Position numbers and translations under genes: made by a program. From Lama glama (taxonomy: Eukaryota), in contig CM052822.1 of the NCBI GenBank assembly GCA_028534125.1, positions 63,612,001-63,676,000 on the forward strand: DNA of 64,000 nt, in the 5' to 3' direction. Positions 24,601 to 37,650 of this stretch are shown here, in pieces. The notes beneath the pieces are model-generated. The model was not told where the DNA came from. It searched no databases and was given only the letters and a program-made list of their open reading frames with translations. The stretch's first letter is position 1; each line of letters starts with the position of its first letter.

Positions 24601-26212
24601 AAAGTTAACAGAGGGCAGAGCTGGGGAAGGTTGTTCTTCGTGGGCAAAGCTGCTGTTGATCAATAGGTTTTCTGGATTCTGAGGAAGTGAGTTGTCTTAT
24701 TTTTCTTCCAGTTTGCAATCATGGAAAACCAAAGCTAGGAGAGATGTTGCATGAGTCACAGCCATGCATAGGGGTTCTCATGCTGGCTTTTAGGATGTCA
24801 ATGGTTCCTTTCTCTGCATCATTTAATGTTGCCCAGGCATTGCCCAGGCCCACCCAAGACCCTGTGTACACAGGGAGGGAAGCCTTCTGCAACCAACAGC
24901 TCCCGCCTGGAGATGTGAGGGGGACGGTCTCTGAGCACTGGATATGTCCATCACAGAGCTGCAGAACAAAGGACAGACATCTGGTGCCTTCTTCATTCCA
25001 AGCAGAGTCCCAGCTGGGATACTGGATTCCTAGCCTGCAGCAGAGTATAATCCAGGAACTGGGAAAGCACTTGTCATGTGGAAAGAGGAGGCATTTGAGA
25101 TGGGCACCATGGGAGTAGACGAGTTGGTTAAGGAAGAGGAAGACAGAAATCTAAACTCAGTGTAGAAACCTAACAGCGCATGGTGCAATTGCTGAGATCC
25201 AATTCTGCCAACACTTCTCTTAAGAAAGGCAGGGAATTTCGTAATATATTGTAGAAGAGTGTCAACATTTTCATCAATAACAAGAAAAAAATTATTGTTC
25301 TATTTTTAGATGACCGGCAATTATCAGCTCCTGGGAGAAGTACAAGGCAACATGCCTGCCTGGGGAAGCTGGGCTTTTGTGGGTAGAAAAAGGAATTAAA
25401 AATGCAAGATGACTTCTGCTAAGTGCCAAATAAATGATTTAGGCAGTAATTGCCTTGCAATTGAAAGAAAGGAAAATAATCAGGGCTCCCTGAAACACCC
25501 TCTCCCAATAGCATATGACTAACTTCCTAGGAAGGAAAGAAACATTTGTTGAAAGCATGATAGAACTGTCAAAAATCCAAGAAATCAATTACTTAAATTG
25601 TGAAGCATAAGTCACAATTCTATTTGTTCTACGAGAGTGTAAAATTTACCAGTTTTCATTAAGACAGAAAATAAGAACTCACTACAGCTTCTGCCAAGAG
25701 AACCCTGCACATCTATCCCCACTTTTAATCAGGCCATGTCTGTGGGAGTGTTTTTGCTACCAGCATTGGGCATTTGAGGTATATAGAGGTGTCATTAGTC
25801 ATCAGGTTAACTCAAGGGTGGATTTCTTTTTTGCATCTTCTGATAGGATCATTGGCATGGAATTGTATCTAATGAAGCAATGAAACAGAGAGTCATGGGG
25901 AAAAGTGTATGACATGAAGTCGTCAAAAAGTTTACAATGTCAGCAGATCTCTTTGCCAGAAATATCAAGGATTGATCTCCCGGGTCTTGAGGGACACAGG
26001 CAAGGAGAAAGTCTGGGACACTTCCAAGGAGGGGAAGATGGTGATGAAAGATGTGGAGATGGGACGAAGTGGGCATCAGAGAACACTGATGGGAAAGGGA
26101 AGGGGTGTGACCGAAGCAGATGTTTCCCAGTGGGGACTTGTGAGAAACTGATGTAAGGCGGTGGGTCCCATGATGGGTTATGAATGAGCAGTTCCTGTTT
26201 TGAGAAGACGTG

Positions 26213-26960
26213 CTGTCTTGGTTTGTATTCTCTCAAAAGTAAACCCTGAGTAAGGAACTGGGTACAAGTAGTTTCTTTGGGAAGCGATCCCAGGAAGCAT
26301 GGAGAGTGGGAAAGTGAGATGGAAGAGGAAAGCCAGCCAAGTGTGTGTGAATGAGTGGGTGTCACTGTGGGCCACCAGGGCTCGGTTCCACGGGGGTCCT
26401 CGCAGAGACCTGAGGAACACTCGGGATGTTATTTTTCTTGGAATTGATCATTAGGCACAAAATGAACAATTCTGGTTTTTAAGCATGCAGTCACTTTTCT
26501 TCATACTTAGCTGAAAATGAGTAAACAGAATTTCACTCAGACTTTGCAAATACCCTTTAAACTTAGTCTGAGATGAAACAAGAAAAGTTCAACCTGGAGT
26601 TAGACTTCATGGCCCAAACAGTTAAGCTTCTGGAAATAAAGCTGAGAATGAACATGCGTTTATCAAACATCCCAAAGAAGTTTGACAATGAACCGTGAAA
26701 TAGTCGAGTCAGCCTTCGCAGCTGTCCCGCACCGAGGCATAAGGAAGTTATTTTGATCTATCCAGTTTCATATTATTGGCTTGAAGGTTGCTCCTGGGAC
26801 TAACTCCCTGCACTTCTGGCCCTCCACAAGTAAACTGACTGTGCTCCTAGCACAAGGCCAGAGAAAGTCTTCAAGACTAACAGGTGCTTAAGGGAGTTAG
26901 CCATCACCCCGTATAGAAACTTTGCCCTGAGCTGCAGGTGACTTCAGGTGGGCGAAAGAG
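26213..26960 (-). mobile_element. ERVL-type LTR (LTR33/LTR16 group) in two pieces (~26213-26420, ~26710-26960)
   Basis: tgtcttggtttgtattctctcaaaagtaaaccctgagtaaggaactgggtacaagtagtttctttgggaagcgatcccaggaagca...; second piece attggcttgaaggttgctcctgggactaactccctgcacttctggc. Confidence 0.6.
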
Positions 26961-29119
26961 AGACGGGTGGGCCACCATCAGCTTCTGCCATGCATTCTCC
27001 TTGCCTTCAAGGAAAACTCTAAGAAAGGGATGTGTGTTCCCGTATCCGCGCAGCCTCCTCTTTCTTCTTCCTGTGCTTCATGCATTTCCCTCCAATCCCA
27101 CCCCCAGAGTCCTCACTCCCTGTGTCCGTTCCAGGTAATTGGGTGGGAATGGAGGCTCCAAGGGAGCTTCTGCCTTTTAGAAGTGACCAACGAAGGAATT
27201 TTTCATTATGAAATGTCAGCTGATTGAGAAGTATGTTTTGGGAGAGACAGAGATCTACCCAGAGTCTTGAAATAAGTTACCTTCTAGGCCTCTGCCAGGT
27301 GGCAGCCAACTCACCGCCCTGGGGAATCTGTGATGTGTTGCTTGTGAATGCATGTCATCATCTTATTTTCTGCAAGACTACAAACAGAGATATGCTTCTG
27401 TTGACATTTGGGACTGCCACCGCTGTAAAGGGAAAGTGACTTTAGATGGGTGCCAGATATGAGAGTTGAGAATAAGAAAGTAATTAATTAAGTTTTTAAA
27501 ATGTTAATCAGAAGAGTTCTTTTCAACAGATCTTTCTTGCTCTCACAGGAGCAGCTGAAGAGCCAAAGCTATCACAGAAACCATCGGCCAAGGACACAGC
27601 AAGTCATCCTACACCTGAAATGATGAAATTCTCTATTCTTGTCACATGCAGTCATCTCTGCAGTGACTGACTGTCACGTCGTGGAGCAGACAAGAATACG
27701 AACACAGAGAAACAGCACAAGCAGAGAGACAGTGGCTCAGTCTCCATGCAAATGGTCTAAATCAGAAAAATAAAAGGAAGAAAATCTCTTAACATGGAAG
27801 CAGAATTATCTAGGAGTTGATTTTTCCCCCCTCTGGTAGCATTTCTTTTTTAAACAGAATATTTTTTAAGTTGACTTTTTTGCAGGGGGCGGCATATGGG
27901 GAGATGACAAGCCTGTTAGGGACCAGAATAATACAAATCACAAATCTGAAGGAAGTTCAAGGGGTCACCTTGCTCAGATTCTGGTTTCCAGGCGGAAATG
28001 ATCACTAACAATGGCGCTCTGAAAGAGCCTGCAGGAAGGATGATGCTACAGCCTTTTTCAACATCCCAGCTTGCATGTTTTAACCCCTCCAATACGACAG
28101 CCCCTTCTCACATCCGTGTGTCTCTGCCTGAATTTTAAGTCTGCGCTTTATATTCTGTTCTCACTGGCACACTGAGAACAGCTGGTCACTGCGAATGCTC
28201 CCCTCTGCATTTATGATAATAGATTTACCCCTAGTACTCTGGGTTCCCGCTGTTCCTGAACCAGTAGTGTTGGCCTTTCTCAGAATTACCAAGGAGTAGG
28301 GAATAATTGGCTGGGGTGAGCATGGCAGACTGCAATTTGTCCTCCCCTCATATTTGCAACAGTTGCTTTAAAACATTTCTTTTCCTAAATTTCTGCAAGC
28401 TGGGTGGGTGAGGCGATGACTCAGCTTTGGTCATCCAGACCCAATGCACGTTATAGGGTAGTGGGGCAAGAAGGAGGGTGAAGTGCATGGAACAAAGCTG
28501 CCCCCTGCTCTGCTCCACGCCAGGACATTGCACCTGGGACCTAGTGCTCAAGAGAGGAACAAACTCCAACTGAAGTCTGCTGCACATTAGTTTTCCTGCT
28601 GGGGCAGCCTCTGCTGTACCCTGACACACTCATACAACCACTGGTTACACGAGCAAGCCAAATAGGAAACGAGCCACGTAAAGACGGGGGTTCTCAGCTT
28701 TTCCTTTCCCTGCTGCAACACACACAATGATGTTCACATATTCGACACTCCAAGGGCAGACTCAGATTTTGAAGAAACTCCTGGAAATTTGGTGGTGAAA
28801 TAAAGCCTGCGTGTACCCCAGATGCCCACAGTTCTAACAGTCCATCAGCTGGCTGCTTGCCCTGGATTGAATCCAAGGTGAGAACAGTTTTAAGACAGCA
28901 TGACAATCCCAAAGAGAAGCCCCTCCACTTAGGAAAAAAAGAATTTTAACATTTTTGCTCCTCCTCCTCCTAAGAATTCCTCCCTCCAACTCCAGGTCCA
29001 GGAGAGAGTTTTGAAGGAGTCAGCTATTCTCCGCGGAGTGTATAGAAGAGTTGGTGGTGCAAAGAGAAGACATTGAAACTTCACAGAGGTTAATTGGGAC
29101 AGGGCCTCCGCCCCCACCC

Positions 29120-29250
29120 CGCAACAACCCTACGAGGCAGCAGGGAATATTTATTATCGCTATTCTACATATTAGGAAACTGAGGCTCAGAGAGGGGAAG
29201 TGATTTGCCCAAGATCACAAGACAATTTAGAGGCAAAACTAAGAATAGCT
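29120..29250 (-). mobile_element. MIR SINE
   Basis: caacaaccctacgaggcag...aggaaactgaggctcagagaggggaagtgatttgcccaagatcaca. Confidence 0.85.
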
Positions 29251-29368
29251 TAACTTACCTGACTCCCGGTCATGCTTTCTCCCTGTCCACAGCTTCTACA
29301 GGTCTCTCTCCAACTCTCCCAGATTATTAACCTATGCCTAGTGATGTGTGTTGAAACATGAGCCCACC

Positions 29369-29855
29369 TGCCTTGGTTGGAACTGCCCTGGAAGCAGAGC
29401 CTGGACCAGCACTCCGTTGTGGGTGGTCTTTTGGGAGGGGATCCCAAGAAGCAGGAGTAAGAGGGTAGAGTGAGATGAAAAAGGAGAAAGGCTGATTACA
29501 GATGTGGCCAACTGGGGCTCAGTCCTGCTGGGGAGCCTCCAAGAAACCAGGTGGAATGCCCCTCAGATATCCCTCCAAAGGATAGCAGCTGGGGCACTGA
29601 CCTGCCAACTCCTGCCCCCATTGGTTGAGGATCCATCACAAGAGCTTTGACACCTCCCCACCTGCAGATCCCGGCAAAGTGAGATCCTGTGGCTTCGAAA
29701 AATGCCCTAAAGCAGAAAAGTAAAGAGGCATGGCGGTGCTTGAAATGGGATCGGTGGAGGCAGTGTGTGCGCACCGGAACGGTCCTCCACAGCTGCAGCT
29801 GAAATTGGAGGTAGGCTGAGGGGATGCACCTGGACATCAGAGGGTTGCTTCACCA
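29369..29855 (-). mobile_element. ERVL-type LTR (same group as 26.2 kb)
   Basis: tgccttggttggaactgccctggaagcagagcctg...gatcccaagaagcaggagtaagaggg...caactggggctcagtcctgctgggga...cccattggttgagg. Confidence 0.65.
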
Positions 29856-30019
29856 CCCATATGTCGGGGTCAAGGGGAAAAGGATACGAAGAGTGGGAGA
29901 TTTTGAGTGAGCAGTTGGATGAGAGGTGTACAGGGGTGGCAGCTGGGGGTGGGGTGGGAGGCAGTGAACTAGTGGTGGGAGGAGTGTTTGGCTTTTACTC
30001 AGATTCTCTTCCAAGAAAG

Positions 30020-30215
30020 CGTACAGGAGCTGAGGTTAGAAGATTGGGGCTTATGTTGCAGAGCTGCCAGGATCCAGCTGTTTCCCTTAAGACAACTCCT
30101 TGACCTTTCTGTAAATAGGAATAGTACTTCTGTTTGCCTCACATACCTCACTGGGATGCTGTGAAGGCCAAACTGAGCTAATATACACAGAGGGCTTCGT
30201 AGGGTGTGACGTGCT
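30020..30215 (+). mobile_element. MIR SINE
   Basis: ctgtaaataggaatagtac...tacctcactgggatgctgtgaagg. Confidence 0.55.
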
Positions 30216-30489
30216 ACACACACGAGCTGCTGCTGTTGTTACAGAAGGTGGTATAAGGGCTGCTGGGGCTGTAAATTTCATCTTCTCACCTTCTGTGCAA
30301 TCAACACACAACTTTCCCATTTCTAATAAATCATGCAGTTTTAGTCTACAACGTGCCAATGCTCTTCATCCAAGCTCCTGCTTACTTTCATTATTTATCC
30401 TCATTTATTCTTTGTTAAATGGCTTTAAACGTGCTTATCACATTCATAGACACCGCTGCTGGGAGTAGAAAATGGTAGAATTCAAATAA

Positions 30490-31040
30490 AGATAGACTTG
30501 TCAATTTCTATCAAAATGATAAGTATATTGACCCTTTGGGCCAGCAAACCACTTTTAAGGATTTATTCTGATTATCTGCACACATGTGAATTATTTCTGT
30601 ATGAAATTATTTGTTGCAGTATTGTTTGTAAGAGCAAAAGACTGGAAACAGCATAAATGTTTATGGTAGGGTATGAGTTAAATAAACCATAGTACCTTCA
30701 CAGTGGGATCCCATGTAGCTGTTAGAAATAGTAACAATAATAATAATAATTCAGAAACTTTGTACGTTCTAATATGGAAAAACCCTAGGATGTATCATTA
30801 GGTGATAAAAGCAAGGTTCAGAGCACTTTAAAGTATGCTGCCTTGTGTATATGGAAAGGAAAAAAATAAATATATAGGAAAATAACAAAAATGATTACCA
30901 GAGAACGCTAGAGCTGAGGAACAGGGTGGGTGAGGACAGGAGTGAGAATGAGCCTGTTCAATGTATAACTTTTTATTCACTTGGATATTTGACCCAATGA
31001 ATCACCTACCTAAGAATAATAATTAAAAATTAAACAAACA
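30490..31040 (+). mobile_element. Ancient L1 (L1ME-like) 3' end
   Basis: accctttgggccagcaaaccacttttaaggatttattct...gcagtattgtttgtaagagcaaaagactggaaaca...gttaaataaaccatagtac. Confidence 0.75.
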
Positions 31041-31309
31041 AAACCAAGACTAGTTCTGTTCCTGGGTTCCTTTCGGCCAATAAAAACTGGAAAACACACC
31101 AGCTAGGAAATAGAAGCTGACTTGATTTAGCAGACGACTGATGGTGGAAATGAAATTCTAGTAACAAAGGGCCTGGGGACACTCAGTCACTAATATGGCC
31201 CTAGTGCTCTGCCATTACTAGGATCTTTGACAGGAGTGACCAAAATGTGCTCCAGTCAAATCCACTCATCGTGGAAAGGGGGTGGAGAGCTCACTTAAGG
31301 GTTATTATC

Positions 31310-31510
31310 ATTATTATCATAGCATTATGATGATGATTACTTACTGGGAGTTTTGTGTACTTTATCCCATTTGGTCTTCCCAACACAACTGTGGGCTATT
31401 AACCGCCATCACCATCACCTCCACTTTATAGAAGAGAAAACTAATCTTGAAGAGATGAAGTAATTTTCCCAAAGCCACAAAGTGCTGCTGGGGTTTAAAG
31501 CAGGACTGTT
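31310..31510 (-). mobile_element. MIR SINE
   Basis: ctccactttatagaagagaaaactaatcttgaagagatgaagtaattttcccaaagccaca. Confidence 0.7.
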
Positions 31511-32799
31511 TTCATTATGAGGGAGAAAAACAAAATTATCAGATGCAAATCCAATTAACCTGTTCAGCTATTTGTTTTTTAAAAAATGTTTAGTGAGCAT
31601 CTATTAAGTGGCAGACACTATATTAGATACTTGTGGCACATCCAGCAGATTAACTTTCCTTAAATATAGACTAGCTGCCTTTTAGAGATTGTTTCAGGAG
31701 TTTCCTGTCTACTTCCTGTTCTGGAGGGGCTGTGGCTAGGCTAGCTCTCTGTTTACAGCAGGAGAAGGGTCAGGTGAGCCCCCTTTTCTAACAGTTTTTC
31801 GCTTTATTGATGGTTAGGTTAAGCCTCCAAGCATCAGGAGGAGAGATAGTGGAGCACAGGATGCTGGTTGAAGATGCAGATATCTCAATATGCAGATATC
31901 TCTGTGAATGTGCTATACTCTGATCATTTGATCCTTAAGGGGGAGGAGCTAGAAAGAGGAGCAAAAAGAAGAGGTGAACATGTGAGAAGAGAGTGGAGAA
32001 GAGGGGTCCCCCTTACCTCCTCCACCTTGTTCATTCACAAGTCATATCTGAGCAACATTTCCCTGGGACATTAAGGGAAATGTAAACAGTGAAATCTCCC
32101 ACATCTCAGAGAGAACTGATATTACTTTATATTTTTATTAACAATCTAAAAAAAAAGCTTGCCATGGAAACTCAAAGATTTTGGTAAAATGTGATACTGG
32201 TAAGTATCAACTAGAAATAACATTTTTGAAGGGTGTGCCTCAAGATATTGGTTAGAGAAATTCTCCTGCTTGTATAAAGCCCTTAGGAATGACTTTTCCT
32301 GAACAGCTTCTTTGCTCCAAATACTAAGCAATTTGGGGGAAATCTGCCACATTACATTATATCCATTCACAGAACAACTAACAGTGTCCATTGTTTGACA
32401 CCAGGAGAATCCGGAGCAGGCTGGGACATCTGATTTCCTTGAGTATGCTATTCCCAGTGCCCCTCCCAGTCAAGCTACATCCAGTTTCATCTTATCTTTA
32501 CTGTTTCTCTGATTCTATTTTCCATGCAAGGCACTGAGCTCAGGGAATTTGGAGTCACAGGGAAGATAATGGTCAAGGTGGACAACTGTTAAGCTAGGTG
32601 AGCTAATAACTGAAAGGCAGCTCTTTGAAAGTCCACCAAGACAAGAGTCATTATGGGAGTGGTTCTGATTCCCAACTCTTGTTCATTTTATTAAAGTCCT
32701 TGGAGTTCTCTTCAGACCCTCATCAGCAAGACCGGGCAATGCTCTTTAGAACTTTCCAACTTCAAGAGCATATATTGGGTGCATCACGTGTTAGTACGT

Positions 32800-33190
32800 A
32801 TGGCAGGGACGTGCACCCACACCCAGTTCTCCTCTCCTTTGGGGCACGTGAGTGGGTTTCCCGTCCCTGCTTCCCTGGCAGTTAGGCAGACCACATGATC
32901 AGAATCGGCCAATGGGCTGTGAGTGGGGTGTCACATCAAGGCTGAATGTTTGTTTGCTGGGGTGAGAACCTTCAGCCCTCTCTTCTCTGGCCATGGGATG
33001 TTGGAAACCTATATGGGGAGAGTCACAAGAGTATCTGGTGCCACTGAGTCACCATATGGAAGACTGCTGCCCAGAGAGTTTTCTAGATTTGAACTGGATT
33101 TTGTGTGAGTGAGAAGAAAACATTTATTGTTAAGCCCCAGAGATAGTCATGTTGTTACTGCAGCATCACCCAGCATGTCCCATAGTACTG
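32800..33190 (+). mobile_element. MLT1 LTR (old, MLT1I/J-like)
   Basis: ttccctggcagttaggcagaccacatgatcagaatcggccaatggg...gtgtgagtgagaagaaaacatttattgttaagccccagagat...gttactgcagcatcacccagc. Confidence 0.75.
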
Positions 33191-33634
33191 TGTGGGTTTT
33201 CAGCTTGCTAGAGCTATAGTCAACTCTCAAAGTCAACTGAAATCACACAGAATATTACAAGCTAAAATCTCAGCCACCATCCCACAGTGTTCTTAAGAAA
33301 TAATCAAAGTATCTATTGCCATCCTTAATAACTATTTACATAAGGTGAGCGGGGAGGCACTAATCTCCATTTGAGTTAGTGGCATCTCTTTTGGCAGAGA
33401 TGGAAAGAAAATACCAATTTTAGCAAATCTGAAGAATAAAGAACCTTAGTTTATTGTGCTGTAATTAAAATTTTTTGTTTTGTTCAGCAATGGATTCATG
33501 AAATGACTTAAAAACACGTCTTAAATTGTGTTGTTAACTTTTGAATCATTACTTCCCCCTCCTTTTCCCCCTATCTTTTCATTGTATAGTACATTACAAA
33601 AGAGTTCTATCTTTAACTCAAGAAGATAGAACTG

Positions 33635-34030
33635 TGGACAGTTAGGATGTTTTCAGCTACACACAACAAAACCCCCCAGCTGAAACTAGCTGAAACAGTA
33701 AGGACGTGAATTATTACACATTACTGAGAGTCTGGGGGCTTTGTGGGGCTCAGGGTTAGCTCATCCAGCAGCTCCATCATGTCATCAAGGACTCAGATTA
33801 TTTTCCAAAGCTGCTAGCAAGGTAGTAGAGCAGTTCCAGACATCACATCCATATGGGACGATGTCCAGAAGAAGAAAAGAGATCATCCCATCTCGTGTTT
33901 CTCACTTAAAGAGAGGAAATGTTTCCCAGAAGCTACTTCTCATTGGCCAGAAGTGGTTACATGCCAAATTCTGAAGCCATCACCGGTGAGAAGAATAAAA
34001 TTGTAGTGACTGGTTGAGAACTGTTAGTCC
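33635..34030 (-). mobile_element. MLT1 LTR (old, MLT1J/K-like)
   Basis: cagttaggatgttttcagctac...cagcagctccatcatgtcatcaaggactcaga...tctcattggccagaagtggttacatgcc. Confidence 0.7.
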
Positions 34031-36639
34031 AGGGGTAAGATGATAAGCTTTTGGGTGGAATGGATGTTGGGGAGTCCATCACAGACATTATCTCTATTTC
34101 CATTTTGCAGTCACAGAAACAGACATTCTAGGTCAATTTTTCCCTTTGATTCTCCTGGGTTGATTCCTCTTGTCTTAATTCTTTGATCATTACCACAGTC
34201 AAGCTGCTCATGCTTTTATTCCTAGATTTTGCAGTAACTTCTCATCTACCTGCTCTGGCTCACCTTGCCTTTCTCCAGTCCCCACTTTACACACCCCCTG
34301 CTAGACGAAGCTTCTTAAAACCCTCTTCTCACATTGTCACGTCTTTATCCAATTAAGTCAAATGTCTCTCTCTCTTGCCATTGGTTTTAGGTCTGGACAT
34401 CTCTGGGTGGTTTTCCAGATGTGGTTTTAGCACAAGGATCCCATCCACCACTAAGAGGCAACCCACACCCTTCAAACTGCTCTCCACATTGTCTCCCCAA
34501 CTCAGCACATCAGCTCCTGCTTCTGGACTTGTGTGTGGTCTCTTCCAGATTGGACATCCTATTTCATCTTCTCCATCAGTCCAAACTCCTTCCTTTTTTT
34601 TTTAACATTCATCTCAGATTCATCTCCTTCATGCAAGCTTTCTTAACTCACTCCAGCCCATGCTGGTGTCTCTTTACTGAATTTTTTTTCACATAGAGCC
34701 AATACTGTAGCTTAGTATGTGTTGAGCTGCTCAAATCCATGAGGCATGTCTTGAAAATGACTGTTCTGCACGATTTCTGTCCCACCCCATCTTTACACAT
34801 TTGACACACATTATTGATCCTTTAGTCAATCAGCAAGCAAGCACTAAGACCCGCTCCTCGTGGTTACACTGTGACATTAGCACAGATGGAATCCAACAAC
34901 TAGATCCTTTTGGGAAAATGAGCATTAATTGTGCACACTTTGCCACTCATATGAAACAGAGAGGGGTCCCCTATGAGTAAGTTCAGCTTAGAAACAGGGC
35001 TGGGTGTTGAATTTTGTATCTGGAAATTTCTAGCCCACTTCTGAGAACTCAAATCTGTATGCCTGTTTAGAAGGCCATGCTTTTAGAATTGCGTTCCAGA
35101 ATAAATATGGAAAGTTGACAAGCATTTGGGTTCACCCATTCAACAACAAAAGTTCCAGTCATACATATATACTTGGGTAGGCACCATCTTTCACAAAAAA
35201 AGACTTGAACCTCAATTCTTATTGTTTTTTTAATGGGGAAACATTCATAAAGATGTTCATGTCCACTGGCCTCTTTCCCCTTGTGATCAGTAATATGCAT
35301 TTGGTGGCTAGACAGTCTGAACGAGGACTGAGGACAAGCATCACTGAACACAGAGAAGGAAACTGTTCCTTGGAGGAATCAGATTGCTCCTCTACTCTGT
35401 GCTTTGTGCACCAGACCCTGTAAGGCCCTCTGGACATGGGGCTGTTTGCATTGTGTGACTGTGTGTGATGGGAATTCACACCTAATTCTGCATCCCAGCT
35501 TTATTGCTGAGGTCCATAATGAGTCAGTATAATTAAGCACCGTTTGCCTGNNNNNNNNNNNNNNNNNNNNNNNNNNNNNNNNNNNNNNNNNNNNNNNNNN
35601 NNNNNNNNNNNNNNNNNNNNNNNNNNNNNNNNNNNNNNNNNNNNNNNNNNNNNNNNNNNNNNNNNNNNNNNNNNNNNNNNNNNNNNNNNNTGCACCTCTG
35701 AGTTACAGTGTCTCATCCNNNNNNNNNNNNNNNNNNNNNNNNNNNNNNNNNNNNNNNNNNNNNNNNNNNNNNNNNNNNNNNNNNNNNNNNNNNNNNNNNN
35801 NNNNNNNNNNNNNNNNNNNNNNNNNNNNNNNNNNNNNNNNNNNNNNNNNNNNNNNNNNAAGCTTCCATTAACCCCTTGCTGAATTGGCGGGATGCAGAAG
35901 AGGTATCTCAGCACCTGTTTTGGACTCAGGTAAATCCATCATTGTCCCTCCTCTTCAAAAAGTTTACTCTTGCCAGCCCCAGTTGGTGAGTGAATGTGCA
36001 AACTCATGAGACAAGTGTGTCACCTTGGGGTGGCCCTCTTTCTGACTCCAAATAGCTCATTCCTTTAGGTAAATGATGTTAGGAGGTTTGTAGTCAAGGG
36101 CTTTCCTGGCTTTGGGTTTTATATGTGAGCATCTATTGAGATAATGTGTGTGAAGGTCGTTCATTCATTTACTTAGTCAATAATTTTACTGAGTACTTAC
36201 TATGTTCAGGGACTTTGCTGGGTTGCAAAGAACAAAAATATATGTGAAGACAGTTGAGACTTTCAAGAAACTTACATCATTTATAAATCACAAAGTACTC
36301 TACAAATGAATAGGTATGCTTTAATGATGACGATTTGTACTGTTATAAAAATGCATACTAATGGGTTATCCATACCAGAAAAAGTAAGCACAGCTAAACT
36401 TTATCTTTGTAGAACCAGTTACTTCTAACAAAAGACACTAAGGTGGAAATTTCAAACACTGTGGGAGAAGACTGTGGAACACATTCAAAGGAGGCAGATT
36501 CTTTTGGAGTTTTCGAACTCATCCATCACAAGGCGGCTATGTTCCTCTGCACACATTGTAAGACCCCACCAATGGAGCCATCTGCCAAGCTTTTCTACTT
36601 CTACTTTCTACTTCTTCAACTCAGGTCAATAATGTCCTC

Positions 36640-37180
36640 TCTGTTCCTAATCACCATGCAAGGTACAAAGAGAAGGTAGACTTCTCTGTCTTCTGGAGCT
36701 CAGTCTGGTGGAGACAGCAGTAAGAGGACTGTGATGGAGGGTCCCATAGGAGGTTCTCAGACCCCAGAGTGGACGCACTTAGCCTGGGAGGATTCAAGGA
36801 AGGCTTCCTGGAGGAGGAACTGTCTGAACTGGGTTTTAACAAACGCTTAACAGTTATTCCATTATAGAGAGAAGGATGTGTAAGGAGGGCAAGTTAGGGT
36901 ATTCTGCACAACATGAGTAATCTGGCCAAAGTCCCAGAAGAGTGAAACCACAGAGTGTTCTTGGGAAGCCACAAGTGTTTAGTGTTTCTAAATTAAATGC
37001 AATGAGTAGCCGCAGCTAGTACTGGGCAAGGACTACATCATGGAGGGTCTTGCAGGCCAGATGAGGTGCTTGGAACATGATGTTCAGGAGCCACCAGAAC
37101 ATTCTATGCAGGAAAGTAAAAAAGTTGGGGTTTCTAAAAATAGGTCCATCCAGTGATCAACCTGGTAGGAAAGTGGAGAA
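36640..37180 (-). mobile_element. L2 fragment (a further L2 3' tail lies at ~36160-36280)
   Basis: ggagctcagtctggtggagac...caaggaaggcttcctggaggaggaactgtctgaactgggttttaa...catggagggtcttgcaggccag. Confidence 0.75.
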
Positions 37181-37289
37181 TTTATTTATGTTTCTCAACC
37201 TGATATCTTTTAAATGAAAATAAAAAAGATTTTTTGTATACTCCAAGAGCATTTAGTGGACCACGGTCAGTGAAAGTCATGACTCTTTT

Positions 37290-37650
37290 TAAAAACACAT
37301 TTTTATATAATTTACACTTATAGACAAGTTGTAAAAAGTACAAAGAACTCCCAATCACCTTTGCCCAGATTTACCAATTGCTAACAAATTGGTGACATTT
37401 TGCTCCATTTGCTCATTCATCAATCTACTATGCACACACATACATACACACAAACACACACATTCATTGAGCCAAGAAAGGAGCTTGCAGCCTTTATTCA
37501 TATTCATAATTACTCCAATGTCTATTTCCTAAAGACAAGAACTCTCTCTTTTTCTACAACAATAAACATTTATCAAAATCAGGAAATGTGACATTGATAC
37601 AATACTATTATCTAATCCAATCTCACTAATTACGCTAATAATGACTTATG
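37290..37650 (-). mobile_element. Old L1 (L1MC/MD-like) 3' end
   Basis: aatttacacttatagacaagttgtaaaaagtacaaagaactccc...ctttgcccagatttaccaattg...atcaggaaatgtgacattgatacaatactatta. Confidence 0.75.

Noticed and set aside
31874-31902. ATGCAGATATCTC duplicated; also TTGAGCTCA duplicated at 17558-17577
   Set aside because: Two-copy micro-duplications from ordinary slippage; not arrays.
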